Assembly: GCA_000388065.2 (NCBI GenBank)
Contig: KB932202.1
Reading direction: 5' to 3' (one strand)
DNA length: 23,624 nucleotides
DNA from: Fonticula alba ATCC 38817
Lineage: Eukaryota; Protista; Nucleariida
Shown piece by piece: positions 9,661-19,483 of this stretch (positions within the stretch are counted from its first letter, which is position 1; each line of letters opens with the position of its first letter). Below the pieces are notes generated by a model. It ran no database searches, was not told the DNA's origin, and was given only the letters and a program-made list of their open reading frames with translations. The position numbers and the translations under genes were made by a program.

Positions 9661-11022
9661 CGCCCGGTCCGCCCCGGCCCCGACCCGGGCCCGGGCCCGA
9701 GCCCGCCCCAACCAGCCTCCGGGCCCGCCCGGTTTCGGACCGCCCTTCGGTCCTCGGGCATGCGCGCTTGGACCGGGCATCTCTAAGGACGGGAGCGGGA
9801 CATGGGGGAGAGGGGGGGGGCCTGTGCCAGACACACCACGGGCGCTCCAGACAGCTGAAGATGCGTGGGGGATCTCCCCGCCCGGCGCCTCGCCTCGGCC
9901 CACCCCTAACCATGGAATTATGCAACCACCCAACGACAGGGCCACCACGCCCCGCACGGAAGACTCGCCCGGCCACGGATGCCCGCTGCATGCTCATTCC
10001 CGGCCTCACCGGCGCTCCCTGGTCGCATTCGCCGCGAGACCCCGACAGCGGTCCGCTCCTGTGGCAGGAAGATATTTGGTTATCGTTCCTCCGCCCCCTC
10101 CCTGGCCGGTATTCTCGCCCTCCTCTTCTCCTGCTTTTCTCCTCAGCCTCTTCTTCTTCTTCTTCTTCCTCCCGCGCGGGTCTCTTTCTCTCACTTCCTC
10201 CTGGGGCCTTGTGCCTGGGCAGGGGTGTAAAGGAAAGAAGCGCGAAGGCTTCCGCTCCCGGTGTCCCCCCCCCCCCCCGGGGCCGCATCAGTGGGGGCGG
10301 GGCAGTATTAAGCAGCCTTGTCAGATGCCAACCGAGTGCCAGTCACCCGGCGACCTTCTGGAAACATTCTCCCCGCCAAAGGGCCCCCGGGGCCCGGTCG
10401 GGCCACTCATACGCCCCGGCAGGCTGGTTAGCACATGCATACACACCACACACACACTCACACACTCACCACGCCCCCCTTGCGCTTACATGTCTGCACA
10501 CGGCGGGCACCGCGGCCCAGACGCCCGCCCAGTCAAGCTACGCACATGCAGCCGTGTGTATTTTTGTCGGCGTCTTGGACCGAGGAGGGGAAGGGGGGGG
10601 GGGGGGCGGGTGCATTTCGCGCCGTGGCAGGTGTGTCACTGGCGAGCGCTCCGCTTGTGCTATGAGTTGGCAGTAGCGCCCTCGATGCCAAAAGTCATGT
10701 TACCCGCCGTCGTGTGACGTCAAAAGGGCTCCCTGGCCGGGCGTCCGGGCATGGGCTCGATCGTTGGCAGCACATCGGTGTTATTGTTTCTCCCCACCAT
10801 CGTCATCCGTCCGGGCGCCTGTGGCCCCTCACCTCTCTCGCCCTCGCCCTCGGGGAACAGCCACCGGGGCGGCGGCCGTCGGTCTTCTCGCTGAGAAATG
10901 GGACACAGGACCTCTGCTTGCCTGGGAGGCGGGTGGGACTGCATGGGACAGGAGAGGATCGACAAGAAGTCTGGATGGCTAGGGAGGAGCCTGGACGCGT
11001 GTGTCTGAGAAAGAGATAACAA

Positions 11023-11030
11023 GACAGAGA

Positions 11031-11071
<41 letters not shown>

Positions 11072-11183
11072 TGGCAAAGTATCTTGGAGAAGTGGTCCTG
11101 GCGCGAGACGACGGGCGGGGGCAGCAATAAATGCCGGGCCATCGTGGTCACCCCCTCATTAGCTGGTAGTCTCTCTCACTCAC

Positions 11184-11223
<40 letters not shown>
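11023..11223. repeat. Opposed (GA)n (11023-11070) and (CT)n (11170-11223) tracts upstream of the SNARE gene
   Basis: Read directly: two mutually complementary dinucleotide tracts about 100 bp apart, the second ending about 155 nt upstream of ATG 11378. Confidence 0.9.
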
Positions 11224-11225
<2 letters not shown>

Positions 11226-11377
11226 GCTGCTTGCCCTCCTCCGCTGCGGCGGCCCCTGCCCCCTCCCCCTCGCCCCCCCCCCTTTCTCGCCCTCCCGGCC
11301 CCTGCCCCCTCCTCCTCGCCTCACCTCGTTGCCGGCCCTTTCTTCGGCACCTTCCCCCGCCCCTCGTTTGGACTGCT

Positions 11378-12606
11378 ATGCCCTCGATACAGGTGACCCA
11401 ATATTCCTGGTGCGCAGTCGCCTGGCCAGCAATCGCCGTCCCCCCTGCTCCCTGGCGGCCTGCTCACCTTCTGCATCAGGGACAATGATCTTGAAAATGC
11501 CTCCACCCTGCTGAGCGATCTGTCCCGATCGGCGCTCAGCTCGCCGGTCGCCTCGCCCGACGCATATGCCGGCGGCACCGGGTCCCTGCTGGAGTCCATC
11601 CGGTCCATCGAGGAGTCCCTGCGGCTTCTGGAACAGGCCCTTGAAATGCATGTTGCTCAGAATCTCATGTGCGTGTGCTGCCCGCACGCCCGGGCGAGCG
11701 GCCCTCCCGCCGGATTGCGCCACGCATGTGCCCCCGATCGCCGGGCACTCTCGCTGCCCCGGCTGCAAGACTGATGTACATACTCCTCCCTCGGTGGCAT
11801 GCCCGTGGCAATGCCCAGCTCGCAGAAGCAGTATCACCTGCGTAAGGGTAACCTCCAGCTTGTGCGCGGTCAGCTGGATGACCTTCGCCAGACCATCCGG
11901 TACGGGGCCCCCCTAGGGCGCCGCTTTGCCGGGCCCCTGCTGTCCTGCCGGCACGCATCCGCCTGACAAGCTGCCCATCCGCCCCTCCCCCGGCCCGGTC
12001 CCAACAAAGTACCGCCGCCGCAAATGCCCCGCGCAGCCGCCGGGCCTTCGGGGCCGGTGGACGAAGCGACGGCTCCGAAAGCCAGCCCCTTCTCGCTTCC
12101 GGAGCCGAACATTACTCCTACACCGACCCGCAAACGGCGCTCCTCCAACAGCAGGACATCATGAGCCAGCAGGACCAAAGCATCGCACGGCTGGAGGAGG
12201 CCGCCCGCCTGCAGAAGGAAATCGCCATCTCCATTCGGAGCGAGGTCAACGACCAAGTGGGTGCGTGGGTGCCCCATTCTCGGGGGCTGCTCCTCCGTTT
12301 GCCCATGTGCTTCCGCCCGGCTCCCGGGCCCTGGGGGATTGCTCGGCTCCTCACGCTCGGCCTTGGGCGTTCCACTCTATTCCCATCTCCTGCGTGCTTG
12401 CCCCCCACCCCCCTCATCCACTGCTGACCATTCCCCCCCCCTCCCTCTCCTCCCCCAACCCGGCGGCCCCTCCGTCCCCGTTCCACCTCCACAGACATGC
12501 TGGACGGATTGATTGAGAGCTCCGCCAAGACGGAGCAGCGTTTGGTCGAGGAAAATCGCAACATGCGCCAGTACTCCACCAAGGCAAAGATCGGCGGTAC
12601 GTCTCG

Positions 12607-12651
<45 letters not shown>

Positions 12652-13037
12652 GCTTGTCCCCCCGGGGCCCCCTCACCCTGCGCCTCGGCTGGCGGTGTGG
12701 GCGGGTCCGGGATTTTCCGTCTCCTTTCTCCGCTCGGGCGGCTGGGTCGCCGTCGCCACCGCCGAGATGCCAACCCTCCTGCGGGGACCGCCTGGGCACC
12801 AACGCATCCATTGACACTCATCGGATCTCCTGGACCCCTTTTTCTCTTTCCCCCCGCCCGCCTCTTGTTGCGGCCGCGGTCGGGGACACGCTCACACTGT
12901 CACCTGTGTGGGGACGGACGGGGGCGCGCGCGCGCCCCGGCATGGCACCACCCCGGCCGCCGGCGCGCCCTCCAGGCTCCATGTGTCTTGTGGCGTCCTT
13001 GATTGTGGCGGTTGTCGTGCTCATCTTCGTCCTGTTG
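11378..13037 (+). CDS. STX8: Qc-SNARE, syntaxin-8/Syn8-like (N-terminal helical domain, SNARE motif, C-terminal transmembrane helix); stop codon unresolved
   Basis: Exons 11378-11409, 11480-11668, 11819-11899, 12010-12260, 12495-12596 and 12976->=13037; all junctions are phase-consistent. The product begins MPSIQVTQYSWDNDLENASTLL. The SNARE motif is IMSQQDQSIARLEEAARLQKEIAISIRSEVNDQVDMLDGLIESSAKTEQRLVEENRNMR (central Q layer in VNDQ), followed by TM SMCLVASLIVAVVVLIFVLL. It matches the STX8/STX6/Tlg1 Qc class; the N-terminal pattern and length fit STX8 best. Confidence 0.8.
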
Positions 13038-13663
13038 TGCTCTGTGGGGGGGGCGCTTGGGGTGGTGCTCCCCCTCGTGGGTGTCGGGTTTCGTGTCCCC
13101 CCCCCCCCCCCCCCCCCGCCCTGCTCCGGGTCCTCCTTCAGCGCCAAACCACCAGTGCAATATACGATAATCCACCCTTGCGAAGCCGTCTTGATTGTTT
13201 ATGGCGCCCCGGCGCATTCCTTCGCCGGGGACGCGTGCTCGCAAGGGCAAGCGCTGTCACAGGCCCGGGCCATGATGGCCTGGCCCCCTTTTTCCTGCAC
13301 ATGGAGCCGGCCCAGCAGCCGGGGGCCCTGTCGATCTCCGGCTCAGATCGCCCGTCCGAGGCGGGAGGAGGGCAAAAAGAAAAAAGCGCCCCCGCCGCAA
13401 TGCGACATCCAGCCGGGCAGATGCGACGCGGGCTTGCTTGCCAGCCGGTCCGGGCTGGGTCGGATCGATCCTCGACGTCGAATCTGGCCCGCGCGCCCCG
13501 AGAAGGCCTCTCCCTTTTCGGGCAGCGGGCCGGCCCGTGTGCACCACCGGAGACACCCCTCTGCCGCTCCCACCCCTTCACGGGCGCCCCTCCCTCTCTC
13601 CCCTCCTCAACTCCTGCACGCATATTTCATGCGCACGCTTGCGTGTGAATTCTTTCTCCCACG

Positions 13664-13687
13664 CACACACACACACACACACACACA
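13664..13687. repeat. (CA)12 microsatellite upstream of the glycosyltransferase ATG
   Basis: Read directly, ending 85 nt upstream of ATG 13772. Confidence 0.95.
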
Positions 13688-13771
13688 AGCCCCGGCCAGC
13701 CGTTCGTGAGCCTTGCTCTGGCATATGGAGGGCCGCATCTCGGAAGCACCAGGCCTCCATCCTCTCGGGCG

Positions 13772-16700
13772 ATGAGGGATGACGCGCTTCTGCACCCCTT
13801 GCCAGGTCGGCCACCCACATCCGCGAGTGCGGGCTTCTGGACTTTGCGCCGGCGCCTGCGCTTGCCCCGGCGCCTGCGAGATTTCGGCATCCTGCTTGGC
13901 CTGACCGCCGGCCTGCTGTACATGCTGGCCGGCTGGCCCGGGCCGCCCGACGGACGGCATGCGGCCGAACCACCGATCGAGGTCGCGCGCGGGGCAAAGT
14001 CCCCGCCCGAGCGGCCATTGGATCTGGCGCCGGCGGCTCCCCCGAGCCCGGATCCCGCGCGGCTGGACGTGATCGCGGCGGCCGCCGACTCGACGCGGCT
14101 CGGTCGCTTCCTGCGTAGCTCCACCGGGGGTGGGCACTGGCTGGCCGGCTGGGAGCCCCTGCCGATGGTGGCCGGCGCTGCCTCGACCGACTCCGACACC
14201 GGCCCGTCCTCGGACGAGACTTCTCACGGCCCACGATCCGCACGTCACTTGGTGCTCGTGGTGCCTTGGCACGACGAAGCGGACCCCGGCCGCCGGGCCG
14301 AGTACCTGGCGGCTCTGCGGCGGAATTTGGCCCTCCTCGAGGCCGGGCCCCTGGGCTTGGACCGGGTGGTCCTGCTGGTGGCGGCCTCGGGCCGGGAGGC
14401 CCTTGTCCCAGGGTCGGACGAATTCGACTTGCCAGCCTCATCGGATGCCGTGGCCGCCATGGACGCTCTGGCAGGGGCCGACCGGGCCCGGGTGGCCATT
14501 CGCCTGGTTCCCTCGGTGGGGTCGGTCCTACAGGCGGCCTCGCGTGCTGGGGTCCGGCAAACGGACTTGACCGACCTCCAAGGCCGGGTCAGCCTATGGC
14601 ATGCACTGCGAACGGCGGATGCCGCGTGCGCTGCCCTTGGCGACGCGTGCTCGGGGCCTGGACGCCGGTGCCCCCGGCCGGAGTGTGTTCGCATCCTTGC
14701 CAATGCTGACATCTCCCTGGACGCCTCGATCGGGTGCGCACCGTGTGCCTTTTCGCCTGCCGAGGGAAGGGCCTCTCGCCGCATGTGGCGCCGCTCCCGC
14801 GACTAACTCCATGCTTTGTCTTGGCTGCCGGGGGCTGGCCTGAGGAAGTTTGCTGCGCCTTGACCCGTGGCTCGGCCGCTTTGACGGCGATGCCAACTTG
14901 GGTGCCGATGCAATGGCCGAAGATACGCGTGCGGCGGATTTGCTGCAACGTGCCCGGCGATCCCGGCGATCGGTCGAGCATGTAGCCCCTCCGGGGGGCG
15001 GCCCGGCCAGCAAGCGCATTGCGTATTTCCTTTCCCGGTAAGTTGCCTGCTCTCATGCTCAACGCTCCTGCTGCGTTTCCCCGGTCGCGCCTCTTGCTGA
15101 CCCGTGGCCCCGCCACTTCCACATCCACACACCGATGCACACCTACGCATGGGCATGTGGCTATTTTGGGGGGGGGGCGGACCCTTCCCCAGGCATGAGG
15201 CTGTCTCTTCGCCACTTGCGCCGGACATGTGTGGAGAGGCGTATGCTGGCAGCCATGATGTGGTGGCCTGGATGCATGGCCTCGATGAGCAGGCCGACTA
15301 TCGGGTATATCGCGACCGGTCTGCCGGGGCTGGGAAAGCTCCGCGTCCCCTGCCAAAGGAGGATTTGGCCTTGATTCCTCTCGGAAGCGTTGGCTATGAG
15401 AACCGGCTGATGTATGAGTTTTCCGCGTCCGGGCTCTTTATCCCGATGAATCCGTGCTTCAGCATTCGCAGGTGCGTGCCCCTCTGGGCCAAGCCCGTCT
15501 GGGACGCCATGGGTCCCGGTCGGCTGCTGCTGTTGCCGCTGCCGCTGGCGTTGCTGTTCATGTTCCCATGTTCGCTGCCACCGATCCGCACTGTCACCAT
15601 GGTTGCTCCGGCCGCCGTCAGGACTGCCTCCGTGTCTTCCATCGCCCCCGCAACTAACCCGCCTTCACAGCTTTCACCACCACCAGTCTGGCCGCCGCGC
15701 GTGGCGGGCCCCAAGCACGGACCGGTCCATCGACGTGTGCTCTTCCGATCTGTTGCTCCGGCCGCCGTCAGGACTGCCTCCGTGTCTTCCATCGCCCCCG
15801 CAACTAACCCGCCTTCACAGCTTTCACCACCACCAGTCTGGCCGCCGCGCGTGGCGGGCCCCAAGCACGGACCGGTCCATCGACAGCCTGCTGTCCGGCT
15901 TTCGGGCCAACACCGATGGCCGGTCGCTCTATGTCCGGCCGACCTTTCACCATTTGGATCCGCGCCTGGCCGCCGGCCGGCCGGCGGATGTCTGGCGCGA
16001 CCTGTTTTTGGCGTACGACCGCGAGCAGGTCCGCCCGTATGTGGACCTGAAGTTGATCGGGTGGATTCTCCGGCGCTCGGTGCGTCTGGTCGATGATGAG
16101 GCCACCGATCAGGCAAGATCGGAAGAGCGTCGTGTTTTGGCGTACGACCGCGAGCAGGTCCGCCCGTATGTGGACCTGAAGTTGATCGGGTGGATTCTCC
16201 GGCGCTCGGTGCGTCTGGTCGATGATGAGGCCACCGATCAGGCAGGCATTGCGGCCGAGGTGGCCGAGTCCGATGCCGTGGTCGGTGCCCAGCCCGAAAC
16301 CCTGTGCCGGGTGCCGCTGGCCCTGCGGGACCTGGTTGCTGGCTTCTGCGATCGCCTGCGCCGGGTGTCCGGCAACAAGCGCAGCCGATGGGACTGCGAC
16401 CTACTTCCATGCGAGGTGATCGACCCGCGGCAGGCCCTCTCGCAGCGGGTGCGTGTGGCTGTCCTCCTCCGCCGCCTGCTCTTTCTCCTCTTGCTTCCCC
16501 TTGGTGGCTGTTCTTCTCTTCCTCGGGCACTTGTTCATGGCCACATTCTTCCTGCCACTGGCGAGACTTCCCACCAGGACCTCGCCAGGCATTGACACGT
16601 TTGCCCTCGGGGGGTGGCTATTGGCCGATTCCAGTTCACGTGCGGTGCGGCGCCACACCAAATTGTGTGTGAGCGGTGGACTTCGCTGCCGGGTCTCTTT

Positions 16701-18816
16701 CGGCGGCCGGCCGGCGCGCTGGCCAGTCCCGAAGGCGCCGGCGCCCTGCCGGTGCACTATGAGGGACGCTTTGCGGCCGATGCATCCTTCTTCGATAAGG
16801 TGCGCACGCCTACCCCCTCGCCCCTTTCCCCCCCCCCTCGGCCCCGCGCGGCGGTGGGCCTCGCATAGTGGTGTTTGGCGGCTGACACAAACTCCCGGGA
16901 GGCCAGCTGGCCAAACTGGCCCAAGCCAACAAGGTGCAGCACATCTTTTCACACATGGGGGAAAGCCTATCGGGCCATCCGGCCGCCTTGCGCGCGGTCT
17001 TCCTCCAGACGCTCAGCCCTGAGCCGGAGGATCGCTTTGGCTTGGCCACATTGGCCACTCGAGCCGAGCAGTGCACCGACCGGCTGGCCCTGCCGGCTCT
17101 GCCGGCGGACCTCCTGCCGCCGGCCAACATGCCGCCGGTCTTTGGCTGGAGCATCGGACATATGTCGCACTTGTTCCGGGATCGAAGCTGGCACTATCTG
17201 CGGCACTTGGATCTTGGCTCCTTCGCTTCGGACCGCACTGGTACGCATGCGGCAGGCAGCGTGCCTCAGCTGCCCTGGCGAGGGGGGGGGACACCGCAGA
17301 AAGGCCCAGGGACAGGCTCCGCCATGGCCACTGACAGGACCAATCGTATGTCGGGGCAAATGTGGGCAACACGAACGGCGCGCATCGGCACGCACACCAC
17401 ATGTGCACATTCTTGCCTTGCCGCCCTCTCCCCCCACCCCCCTCCCTGCCCATCTGCCCTGGGATGGCACCCGTGACCGGACGCACCAGCCAGCGATTTG
17501 GCCCTCGAGTGGCGCCAGCGCCCCGGGGGGGTGCTCTTCTTGGCGCACAATTGTCGTAACGCCTCGTGGCGAGCCCAGAGCGTCCTGGCTCTGGATCGGG
17601 CTCTCCGGCGAGGGTATTCCCCCGATGCTCGTGGCGGTGCCTTCGATCTGGCCCGGGTGGTCCCGGCATCCGAAGCACCGGGGCGAGTCGAACAGCCCGG
17701 GGGCCCCACCACGGCCACTGCCACCGCCACCGCCACCGGTTCCCAGGCGACCGCCTTCGCAGAGACCTCCTCGGTGTCTGGCTCAGTCGATCGGCCGGGC
17801 CGGTGCCTGAATAACATGGCCTGGCCGCTGCCAGCCCAGTGTCACCCGGACGCCGTGGTCCTCAGCCCACCGCTGCTGGCGGAGTGCCGGGAAATCGCCC
17901 AAACCGAGCGCGAGGGCGGCCGTGCCGGTAAAATCGCCCTCATGCGCCGGTACCGCTTTGTGGTGTCCATCGAGAACGTACATGAGTGCGACTATGTCAC
18001 GGAGAAGGTGCGCCCTCCTGCCTCCCTCGCGTTTCCTCCCTTTGCTCCTGGCCATTTCGCCGTGCTCCTTATCTTTGCCAGCTCGTTGGCAATGGGGGGG
18101 GGGGGGATGCCTGCCGGAGTGTGAATGTGCCCCGGCGTTGTGTCCCACCACGTGCCCCCGTGCGGGGGCACCGGCAAGCTGGGCCTCGCTTCCTTCTGCC
18201 GGTCGGCCGCCGGACCTCATCTTCTTCTGCCTCTGACGCCGGCTGCTTCATGACACTGCCACCTCTCCAGCTGTGGGATGCCCTGGCTGCTGGAGCCATT
18301 CCGATTTATCTCGGCCCGCCGGCCGATCCGCCGGGTGCCCCGCTGGACCCGGCCCCCTGGCAGTGGTGCCACCTCGGGGCGGCGTTGCGCTTTTCCCCCC
18401 GGCCGATGGGCTGCCTGGATGACGGGCCCTTGGCGGGGACTGGGGGCTCTGAGACTGAGGACCCGGTCGCGGACTGGGAGTTCTTGAATGATCGCTCGAC
18501 GGTCGGCATCAACGCGGCCGCGGCCCAGGTTGCCCGGGCCATTCATCGGCTGGAGCATTCGCTGGATCTGGCGGCGCGCTTCTTCGCCTGGCGGTCGGTG
18601 GTCGACGAGACCGCCGCCGGGGCCAAATTCCGGGCGTTCCTGGCTCGGGTGGCCGCCCTGCAGGCACTCGATCAGATTGAGCTGCTACCCAGCCCCGCTG
18701 GCGATCCAGCTCCCGCCGGGCCGAACCCGGGAGGGACATCTGCCCTTCCCCCTCCGACCGAGGAGGATTGCCACGTGTGTCGGCGCCTGCTCCAGTTGAA
18801 CCGCCGGCCGGGCTGA
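13772..18816 (+). CDS. Type II membrane multidomain glycosyltransferase: uncharacterised GT-A-like domain plus C-terminal GT10 alpha-1,3/4-fucosyltransferase (~1154 aa once artefacts are removed, 8 exons)
   Basis: Exons 13772-14733, 14849-15037, 15193-15471, 15821-16448 (minus the 129-nt artefact), 16635-16799, 16934(or 16940)-17240, 17490-18007 and 18271-18816 (TGA); phases are consistent. The N-terminal basic tail is followed by TM DFGILLGLTAGLLYMLAGW. The GT10 alpha-1,3-FucT motif YRFVVSIENVHECDYVTEK|LWDALAAGAIPIYLG is rebuilt across intron 18008-18270. It is preceded by VLFLAHNC...R and VDRPGRC, equivalent to the GT10 xSNC and VDxYGxC elements. Confidence 0.85.
15602..15884. repeat. Artefactual 133-bp direct repeat (15602-15734 / 15752-15884) joined by Illumina adapter
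   Basis: Two identical copies at a 150-nt period; the spacer is TruSeq adapter sequence. Confidence 0.97.
15732..15751 (+). other. Illumina TruSeq adapter fragment GACGTGTGCTCTTCCGATCT
   Basis: Exact 20-nt match to the 3' end of the TruSeq Read 2 primer/indexed adapter; translates as DVCSSDL in ORF 15603-16595. Confidence 0.98.
16006..16244. repeat. Artefactual 110-bp direct repeat (16006-16115 / 16135-16244) joined by Illumina adapter
   Basis: Two identical copies at a 129-nt period; the spacer is TruSeq adapter sequence. Confidence 0.97.
16116..16135 (+). other. Illumina TruSeq adapter fragment AGATCGGAAGAGCGTCGTGT
   Basis: Exact 20-nt match to the TruSeq read-2 adapter read-through; translates as RSEERRV. 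Confidence 0.98.
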
Positions 18817-19445
18817 GGAGAGGGCCACACACACACGCACACACGATATGGGGCCCGGGGGGGGGGGGGGGGCCGGAAGACAAGCCGCGCTCATTGTGGG
18901 CTATCCCGCACACCCTGTGGAGCGCGCGCCCAATAGATTTAACGCACATTTTGGGCCTTGGAATGGGCTAGGGTTGCGCCGAGTCGAACATTCCTTGCGC
19001 CGGGCCGCGGCCCCGCCCTGCTTTCCCCCTGCTGCATGAATCCGTGCGCGCAACAAACGGGACGAGGGGTTCCCCTTCTCTCAGAAGAGAGAGAGCCCAG
19101 GGGCGGCGGGCGCTTCTGACGGGGGGGCCCCCGGCGCTCCGGGCCATGCCCCCAGGCGGATAAAGGGCCCTATCTTCCCCCGGGCTTCGGGGCCCGCGCG
19201 GCTGGGCAGAAGCCCTGCGAAAGAGCCATTTAATATTGGGAGCTTTTTTTTCCCAAGCGGCGAACCGAGGGCGGCGAGGGGTGCGCGTCCGTAGATGCAT
19301 TGTCGCGTGTGCTTTTGCCGGGGGGCACTTCTCGCCGTTGTGATCCGCAGGGGTAGGGCGGCCCAGGGTTCCTTCTCCTATCGAGCAATCTGCCGGTGTC
19401 CCGCTCACTCCGTGGGATGCACTTGGCATATGGGTTGGTGATGGC

Positions 19446-19483
19446 GGTGGTGGTGGTGGTGGTGGTGGTGGTGGTGGTGGTGG
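19446..19483. repeat. (GGT)12 trinucleotide repeat
   Basis: Read directly in the region between the glycosyltransferase and F-BAR genes. Confidence 0.95.

Noticed and set aside
7815-10717. Long Gly/Arg/Pro-rich ORFs (for example 7815-8873, 9453-10676, 9500-10717)
   Set aside because: They translate homopolymers and microsatellites (HTHT, GGGG, PPPP), show no recognisable domain, and are expected by chance at this GC content.
10715-10722. Perfect CRE palindrome TGACGTCA upstream of the SNARE gene
   Set aside because: A single 8-mer with no conservation or TSS data cannot be supported as functional.
13706-14806. 366-aa ORF as a complete gene ending at 14806
   Set aside because: Its TAA is the ACTAAC branch site of intron 14734-14848. 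The coding sequence continues through seven more phase-consistent exons to the GT10 domain.
15602-16244. Direct repeats as genuine exon duplication, a CRISPR-like array or an internal protein repeat
   Set aside because: Both spacers are exact Illumina TruSeq adapter 20-mers and the copies are identical, so these are assembly artefacts.
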